Part shown: positions 53,698 to 64,000 of the stretch, in pieces
Position numbering within the stretch: the stretch's first letter is position 1
How the letters are laid out: the number at the start of each line of letters is the position of its first letter
Assembly: GCF_009914755.1 (NCBI RefSeq)
Contig: NC_060934.1
DNA from: the human T2T-CHM13v2.0 reference genome, Homo sapiens
DNA length: 64,000 nucleotides
Reading direction: 5' to 3' (one strand)
The notes under the pieces: model-generated
The model's database searches: none
Seen by the model: only the letters and a program-made list of their open reading frames with translations
Told to the model about the DNA's origin: nothing
Program-made: the position numbers and the translations under genes

Positions 53698-53886
53698 CAG
53701 TTGTTCCCAAACTGTAGAATGCATATGATTCACTTGGAGAGCCTGTTAAAGCACAAATTCCTGGGCTCCATCTCCAAGATTTCTGAACCAGTAGGTCTGG
53801 AATGGAATCTGAGAATGTGTGTTTCTTACAAGTTATCCGGTCATGCTAATGCTGCTGGTCTAAGGACAATACTTTGAGAACCAGTG
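53698..53886. mobile_element. MER5A-like hAT transposon
   Basis: Terminal inverted repeats cagttgttcccaaa / tttgagaaccagtg, ~190 bp. Confidence 0.85.
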
Positions 53887-54022
53887 GCCTAGGGTATATT
53901 AACTTTTGCTTCTACTGAGAGGTTTGTTTGTTTGTTTTTTTAATCTGTCCATGGCATTCAAATCACAATTTGGATTATAAATTGTTCATATATTTTCTGT
54001 GGCTGTAGATTTTTTTTATGTC

Positions 54023-54323
54023 TTTTTTTTTTTCTTTTTTTTTTGAGACAGAGTCTCATCTGTTGTCCAGGATGGAATGCAGTGGCACAAACACAGCTGA
54101 ACCTCCTGGGCTCAAAGGATCACCCCGCCTCAGCCTCCTAAGTAGCTGGGACCACAGGTGCATGTCACCATGCCCAGCTAATTTTCTTTTTTAAAAAATC
54201 TTTTGTAGAGATAGGGTCTCACCATGTTGCTCAGGCTGGCCTCAAACTCCTGGGCTGAAGCAATCCTCCTACCTTAGCCTCCCAAGGTGCTGGGATTACA
54301 AGCATGAGCCACTACACCTGGCC
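54023..54323 (-). mobile_element. Alu (AluJ-like)
   Basis: Dimer. Confidence 0.9.
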
Positions 54324-54821
54324 TTTTAATGTCATTTTTAACTGTTTCAGACTTTCCCCAAAATAAGTCTTTGCTATGTTGTGCTTTTATGTTGGAATTA
54401 TGAATAATATCACTAATATGAAAATTATTTGGGGGTACGAATAGTGTTTATAGTTACCATTGTTGATAATAAAAAAAAGTAAGCTAAAGACTTTGATTTG
54501 TCTTCAGAAATGAAGAAAATAATGTGTGAGGTACCCACCCCAAATTGCACACTATATCACTCAGGACTGCTGCTTATCAGCCTCTCTCCATCATAAAGCC
54601 TCAGGTGGAAGTTTCATTGTCAGGGAAACAGAGAAGAAATAAAGCAGAGTGACCGGAATATGCACTGCTTATTTCTTCCTTTATTTTTTTCCAGCTACCC
54701 CTGGAACTTGAAAGTAATTGGACAATCTTCCCATTCTGGAAGAAATCTTCATATTTGGGTTGTAGATCACAGACTCTCCAACAGAGAAGTGGGCCTAAGT
54801 CAGAAAATTGTACTATGTGTG

Positions 54822-55126
<305 letters not shown>

Positions 55127-56056
55127 AATTGTACTACTTGTATGATAGTGATATGATACCCTCTGCCTATGAATCCCATGGCTCAACACAGAACTTGTTT
55201 TTGTTTGTCCTAAGTGCAGGTTGCTCAAGTTTCTAAAGAGAATATCCTAGCATGTTAAAAACAAAGCGATTTTTTAATTTGTCCTTACAATTCATTAACT
55301 TTGTGTCTTGTTAGCCTTTACCTTTTTAAGATGAAGGGTGCTAGATCTTTTCATATTTTTAAACATGAAAATAAACAATCGGCTGCTATTCACAGTCCTA
55401 AAATGTGCTAAATGAGTTTTCAACCAAGTAGATATAAAAATCTTAAGATTGATATTATTTGCCTGTGGAGACAGTTGTTCTTAGTGATAGAAGATGAAAC
55501 TGACTGTTGAGGTTCAATGGTTGGCCCCAGGCCCCAAAAGCTTTCAAAATTAGATCAAGGACCAGAAACTTCTGATGCTTAGTCTTTTACTTTGAAAGAG
55601 AAGCAGAAGAGAACATCTGGAACCTTAGGGAGATTTATGTATTCTTTCTCGACAATGGGGTCCATTTATTAGCTAATATACTTTCTCTATTTCTAATCAT
55701 GGAGACCATTTAGCTATTTGAGCTTTCCAATACTTCATTTTTACAATGCCATGTGTTCTTTGTTTAGCTTGTTTGAAATAGCTTAGGAAGGGGATTTCAT
55801 GTCTTGTAGCTATCTAATTTAGAATTGCCCTTTCATTTCTACCAGTAATTTTTAGTATAATACATTAATCAAAGTTGTCTCATTTATTTCCTCTTGTTAT
55901 TTCTTTCTTTTCACATGACTTTTTTCTTTGCCTACCTCTTGCACAAAGAGCCAAATAAAAGCCCACAAAAAACATTCAATGTGCACTAATTAAAATAATA
56001 AAAATGTTAGGACAATATGTTATTTATTTCTAGGCTTTCTGTACTAAAAATAATAA

Positions 56057-56368
<312 letters not shown>

Positions 56369-57578
56369 AATACCTTGAATTTATGCTGTAACTCAAGGCA
56401 CTGTTGCAGATATTTATCTTTCTATTATTTTCAGGAGGGAGAAATATTTATTACAGTCCTGATTTTGTAGGTGGAGAATGAATGATTTGTCCAGAGTTTC
56501 AGAGTTAGAGTGGTGGAGGTGAGACAAAAGGATTTTGTAAGGATTTACTAAGATGAGGATTTCTTGATGCTCATCTTAGTATTCTTTGTAGTATATTTTG
56601 TTGCTGTAATTGCAAGAAGATGCTTTTATAACATAATAATAGACATTTCAAAGAAACATTGGTCCTAGTACTGGTTGTAGATTATGTTTTATTCTTTGCA
56701 GAAGCTTTATGTAGGTTTTTTTCCAACAATTTCAAATGAATTTTGGTTGTCTATTTAGATTTACTTAGAAAATTACAGATGGCATGGAATTCTGTGCAGT
56801 GGTAGGTTATAGCATCATGACCAGCCTACCCTGGCAGATGTGTCAAATAACCTCTGGAGTGTTTTCCTTCCTACTTCTTTTTAGGTTATTGAAATATTCA
56901 TATGGAGTAAACTAAAGCTCACCATGTGAGTTTTTCCTACGGGTGGCTGTTGTCTTTTAAAAACAAGGAGTTATGAGGAAGGTTTGAACATGGCTTATTG
57001 TGGATAGTCAGTCACAATTACATTCAAAGCACAGAAAAATGTGGTCCAAGTCAATAACTTTCCTACTCATGATCCTGTCCTACCACAGGGCCTATGAATT
57101 TCAATCATAATTTCTTTGGAACAAGACATCTATTGCTCAAACGTTATCCACTAAGGATGATGGATAAAAATAATAGTTAAGATTTTTGTATTAATGTATC
57201 ATATTACATTTCATCTCATGGGTGAGCTCTGTGGTTGAGAAGGTTGAATAAAATGAGATCTACAATCAAGAGGCTTACGTAGCTAAGAAACAGTGTGAAC
57301 TCACAGGGCACCTGGTAGTTTAGAAGGTGGGAAGGAAAACAAAAGTCAGGCACAAGTCACAGACAAACACTCCCATGGTAGCCCACCCTGCCTGAGTCCC
57401 AGAAGGTCAAACAATCTGTGATATGAGAAATGTGTCTAATAGAAGCTAGCATGAAAAGTTAAAGTATAATTTTTTTTTCAACCTAACAGAAGCTGGTAGA
57501 TTGTAACTAATTTTATTTTGAAACAAGTGTAGTCTCTTAGTCTTTGTCATCGTGATGTATAAGAACATCAAATAGTCA

Positions 57579-57712
<134 letters not shown>

Positions 57713-58129
57713 AGTCAATGGTGAAATATGAAACAATATAAGGCATAGAAAATGGTGTTTTGATTAGAATGGATACTTGTAAGTAAACTTTGGTAAAACA
57801 GAGTCCCATTCTCCTCACCCCCACCTCAGTGAAGCGTCTTTTGCTCTACCTGAAGAGCATACATGTAGCTGCTTTAATTCAGTTCAATTCAATTCATTTC
57901 AAACATTTTGGGGATGTTCACTTTGTGCTTGCTTCAGAGATAGGAAGCAAGAGCTATTGGCCAAACATGGAAGAGAAGCCCAGTGTCTCCTAAAGCAGAT
58001 GGTAACTTGAAAGACTATGAGCAACCTCTTCCAGAGAGAGACACAATGTATAGGGATAACATTTCTTTGGTTTTCTCTAGTTTGTAAAGAAAATATTGCC
58101 AGTGTTTGCTACCTTGGTAGTGTACATGA

Positions 58130-59265
58130 AAATAGTTTTAAAAAGAACAAGATAAATGTATAGTCAATAAACATGAGAAAAGATGCTCAACATTATTATC
58201 ATCAGGAAAACACAAATGTAAGTAACAAAAAGATCACTACTCATCCACTAGAATGGTGAAAATTAAAAACACTGATAATACTGTGTTGGTGAGGATGTGG
58301 GGCAACTGCAATGCTCATGTATTTATCATATAACTAAGCCAATTCTACTGCAAGACTTACACTTGAATGATCCTAGCAGCTTTATTCATGATAGCCCAAA
58401 CTGTAAACAACCCAAATGTTTATCATTGAATGAATGATATGGATGAAAAAATTTGGAACATCTTCACTCAATGGAAAACTAATCAGTAATAAAAATTAAT
58501 TATTGATGCATGCAAAAATGGATGAATATTAAAAAAGATAAAATTGGGCTAATAAAGTTAGACCAAAAGAGTATATATTGTGTGATTCTATCGGTCTAAA
58601 GTAACAAGTACAGTCAAGTAATGTCAAGAAGCAGATGATTGGTTTCCTGGGGCTGGAAAATGGGGGTTGTTGGGGGATTGACTGCAAAAGACAGCAAGGG
58701 AATTTCTTTTTCTTTTCTTTCTTTCTTTTTTTAATTATATCTTAAGTTCTGGAATACATGTGCAGAACATGCAGGCTTGTTACATAGGTATACATGTGCC
58801 ATAGTGGTTAGTTGCACCCATCAACCCGTCATCTACATTAGGTATTTCTCCTAATGCTCCCCTAGCCCCCCAACCCGCCGACAGGCCCCGGTGTGTGATG
58901 TTCCCCTCCCTGTGTCTATGTGTTCTCATTATTCAACTCCCACTTAGGAGTGAGAACATGTGGTGTTTGGTTTTCTGTTCCTGTATTAATTTGCCAAGAA
59001 TGATGGTTTCCAGCTTCATCTGTGTCCCTGCAAAGGACATGAACTCATCCTTTTTTGTGGCTGCATAGTATTCCATGGTGTATATGTACCACATTTTCTT
59101 TATCTAGTCTATCATTGGTAGGAATTTCTTGAGTGATGGAAATATTGTATATCTCCAGTGGAATGGAGGGTATATGAGTATGTGCATTTGTCTCATCAAC
59201 CTATAAACAGAAAATGGTGCATATTGTATAAAAATTATACCTCAATCAAGTTGATTTAAAAAGAA
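58130..59265 (+). mobile_element. Old L1M 3' segment interrupted by L1PA
   Basis: aaacatgagaaaagatgctcaac..gcagctttattcatgatagcccaaa. Confidence 0.75.
58709..59118 (-). mobile_element. L1PA 3' end (L1PA7/8-like), 5' truncated
   Basis: taagttctggaatacatgtgcagaac..gtgagaacatgtggtgtttgg; TSD ggaatttctt. Confidence 0.92.
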
Positions 59266-60474
59266 AAATATCCATGTGTTTATTATGATTTGTGCACTAA
59301 AATTATTTCTCAAGATATCTCTTTCATAGAGGTTCCAAATTGGCCTCAACATAGTGCCAGGCAGAAAACTAGGTAACATTTTACAGTTTAACGAAAAGTA
59401 GGCCACTGATGCTGGGAGGAGCTGCTCTAACAATCTAACAAATGAGGCGATTCCCAGTCAGGCACTGGTTAAGGGTGATGGCTGGATTTAGGATGTCTGG
59501 ATTTGCATCTAGCTCACCATCTGCCGGCTGAGTGACCTTGAGAAAGTTACTTAATTTCTCTAAGCATCCATTTTCTCATGTAAAAAATAGGGATAACAAT
59601 GGTCTCAATGTTCCTGTGTGTACAAAGATTAAACTAGACAGCCTGTGTGAAGAGCTCAGGGTATATAAAATTCTTCATCTATATGAGCTATTATTTCTGA
59701 TTTCATCTCTCACAAGAACACGGAGATACAGAGGAGAAAGAACACAGGAAGGAGAAGTGTATGCAGCTTTATGCATCTGTTTATTCCTTGGTTTCCATTT
59801 TTCCTTCATGCTGAATGGAAGGCTCTTGTGAAAGGAATGTTGTCTTCCATTCCCAGAAGAATGGAAACTGGGGACGCTGTACTGAACCCGAGAGACTAGA
59901 CTAAGGGAAGTGCAGGGCTGAGCTGTACTGCATTCCCAACTTGTCCTAATGATTTTGAGAAGCAGAAGAATTTAATGGCAGGCAGCTGATTTGCATCCAT
60001 TTACCTGTCTTCACTGTGGCAGGTAATTCTGGGCCACGTCAGGCACAGGTAAATATAAAGCCCCACGGAAATATTATCTCATGCTCACATTTAAAATCAC
60101 AAATCAAAAAATAAAATAAAATCACAAATCAAGGATCTGTGAATCATCTTGCAATCTGGTTACTTCACATTCTAGCATTATATTTAATGTCAAACTATCC
60201 AATATTTAAGATCCTTTATCACAATCAGTAGAGAATGGTGTGTGTTTGAGGGTAGTGTTGCTGCTGCTAAGTTAAAGAATGTGTCTGAGGAATGGAACTT
60301 TCCCTCCATTTGTCCTATCTGCTTCTTACTCAAGTATTTACAAATTTGGTTTAGATTTCTGAAGTCAAGTAAATAAATGAATTTTATAAAGTTTTTCTGT
60401 GAAAAAAAAAGAATAACAAGTGAAAACATTCTGGAAGACTCACTTATTCAGAAATACTTTATCAGTAGCTCAGC

Positions 60475-60475
<1 letters not shown>

Positions 60476-60517
<42 letters not shown>
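60476..60517. repeat. (TG)n microsatellite
   Basis: Direct reading. Confidence 0.97.
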
Positions 60518-60519
<2 letters not shown>

Positions 60520-61182
60520 ATTGGACATTTTTATGGAGTTATTTGGCAGAGTTTGAAAACTCTGAGATATGAAAACTATCTGATCATTTTCTTTGCTTTG
60601 ACAAATTCTGCCTGAGTCCCCTGTTCTTGAAGTCTTCAAATGAATGCATAATTATCTATAAGCTATTGCACACATTGGTTTGCAAAGGAGAAAAGGCAGG
60701 GAGTCAACTTTGCTTAAATGGAATGAATGTTCGTGATTGAATCCTTGTTGGTGTGTGTGCTTCCTGAATCCCTTAGAAGGCTGTGTTCCTAAGACAACAT
60801 GGAAAATCAGAGGGGATGTTGCAACACATCACCCAAGGGAATGGAAATGTAAGTCTGAGTATAAAATTGAAGACGTCCATCTGTAGGAACAGTGAGTAAC
60901 TCAGTGAGTGCCCTAAACCAAATGAAACCCAGGTCTTTCTTGGCGTACAGTCATCTGATCTCTATCTCTCTGGCTAAGTGATAATGTGAAGGAGGAGGCC
61001 TGAGCTAGCCCAGATTAATCAAGCATGAGAAACTGATTAATATTTTCTTATTTGTCACTTACTTCAGAATAGATTTTTCACATAAAAATATCTGGTTGGA
61101 TAACTGTTTCAAGTAATATGTGTAAATTTAGTTTTTCTTGCTTGGGGTGTGATTGCTGAGACCTCTAAGAAATGTGAATGTT

Positions 61183-61505
<323 letters not shown>

Positions 61506-62360
61506 TTAGTAGAGAAAAACCTAAATTAAATAAGAATTGAATATATAGGGAAACCGTTTAGTCAACTATGAAAAAAACGCTAGCTCCTGGCTTTGGACCT
61601 GTAACAAAAAAACTTTAACCCACAATCAGGAGATTCTGCAGATAATTTTAGTTCTGCTACTAACGTTTATGAATAAATTGTGTCAACTCTCTGAACAGTT
61701 TCCTTTTCTTGAAAATAAGAAGGAGAGTGTTGGACTTTGTGGTCTCAAACTCTATGATTCTGCCCTGTCTAAACATAGATGAAGTTTTCAAGATCTCTAT
61801 CTATGGGGAGGCAGGATGATGCCTTCATAACTTTACTGTGGTTTCTCAATCTTTTCATTAACTAATTATGTCATATTTAAGCTCTACAAAAGATGTAAGC
61901 AATTAAACTGTAGTTATATGGTTATATAAACTGTCAGGTAAAGATACACGGATATAATTTCAATTCTTCCTGCACTCCCACTTCAGCTACACATAGAGGA
62001 ATCTTTAATTAAAGGCATAAACCTAAGGCAACAAGAAGACTGTGGTTGCCTCCCCAACCGAACAGTAGGAACCTACCTAGAAATCACACAAAACAGACGC
62101 TTGATTTTTCGTGTAACACCTAGGCTTAGTTTGTGTTTTGTTGCACATGCCAATGGGAATCCACAGCAGCAGCATTTTAGAAGCTGGAAAGCCGATGCAG
62201 TAGTGGGTACTGACTCAGTAAACCTGAGAATGCCAAATCCTAAACTGACGCTGTGAAGATGAGAACCAACTGGATTTATGCCACACAACCCTGAAAAGCC
62301 TCAAAATAGGTGGCGTCAGGGCTGCAGGAGTAGAAGGGAAGTGAGGCTAAAAGAGGACTA

Positions 62361-63001
<641 letters not shown>

Positions 63002-64000
63002 GAGGATTGGTTGAGAGCTAAAGTGGATTGGTAAGAAGCATGCAGATCCCTAGGCTCCCCTGGCACTGCATACCCTAGGAGAGAACCTCATTACCACCAC
63101 AACTGAAGGCTGCATGCTGGTTTTTTGCAGATGGTAAACAAGAGCCTCTGATCTGGAGGAAACCAGACACAATCGATTGAGAGCATGAATACCATACATA
63201 AAAGAAGGCGATTAAATAAATGTATGTATTGATTGTTGAATCCCCTTAACTCTCTCCTCCCACTTAGCTCCCCAAATACTGGCAGCTGAAAAAAATGAGT
63301 GAATGAAGAAGGAGGAAGCCAGGGGAGACAAAGAAACAGGATACACAACACAGGGGAAAGATGAAAAGGACTCCCCAGGATGGTGGTGAAGAGAGTTGCT
63401 AGGATGACAACTGTGCATCAAGCTTAAAACCCAGATTGGAGCGTGTGAACCAAGAGATATATATGGCATCATCTTTTTGAACTAAAAATGGCTGCGTGAA
63501 CCTGGCCCAGTGTTTATCTGTACTTGGCTTTCCTGGGTCACATGTAGATGAAGTACCGATCTCTTCTCCTTCTTGGGTCAGCTGAGGACAGTCATTCCCT
63601 CCATAGGGATGTTCTGCTCGGACCTGTTCCTGAGAGCTGGAGGTTGGTCAAGGTAAGAATAGAAGTAGGAAATATGAGGAAGATTCCTGCCTGTTGTCTA
63701 GCACCTGGCCTATACTGTCCTCTGCCAAATGTCCCGGTTGTGGTGAGCCCAGTGTTTCTCAGAACTCGCTCATTCCCTGGTCCACCGACTCCTCCAGAAG
63801 GTTTTGGTAAACTGTCAGTCAAGATAAAGTCAGACGATGAGCCAGAATCATAGTCTTTTTCTGTAAATTCCTCTTTTCCACTTAACATTATTTTAATGAA
63901 ATTTATCCATGTTTATATATTTAGGTCCAGTTCATTGATTTTCTCAGCCATATAGTATTCTATTGTTTGACTACACTGCAACTTACAAATCTTCCTTTTG

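Noticed and set aside
63548-63888. Antiparallel ~100-aa ORFs as a gene or pseudogene
   Set aside because: No recognisable homology, polyA or TSD

Overview
Primate, most likely human, genomic DNA with no intact protein-coding exon that I can support. It holds about 47 Alu elements or fragments plus L1, L2, MIR, MaLR/ERVL/ERV1 LTRs and MER DNA transposons. Bases 1 to ~3530 look like the distal part of a long AT-rich + strand 3'UTR, with many 8mer miRNA seed matches and AATAAA at 3501. A ~4 kb transposon-free block follows, containing a motif-dense segment and an orphan CpG island (~8.2-9.45 kb). A full-length, disabled processed pseudogene of MRPL35 lies on the - strand (12513-13232). From memory, not checked, MRPL35P2 lies just downstream of REEP3 at human 10q21.3, which would make the UTR REEP3's. 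The most unusual structures are in 40.6-43.8 kb. These are a fold-back inverted duplication with a loop of reiterated templated copies between two inverted Alus, a local L1 segment copied into an MLT2 LTR, and a solo HERV-W LTR17 whose terminal tract has expanded into a GC-box/G-quadruplex array ahead of a YY1 site and a consensus splice donor on the strand antisense to the LTR. I found no evidence for a new multi-gene system; the candidates are regulatory and structural. Repeat subfamily names come from recalled consensus features and need RepeatMasker confirmation.
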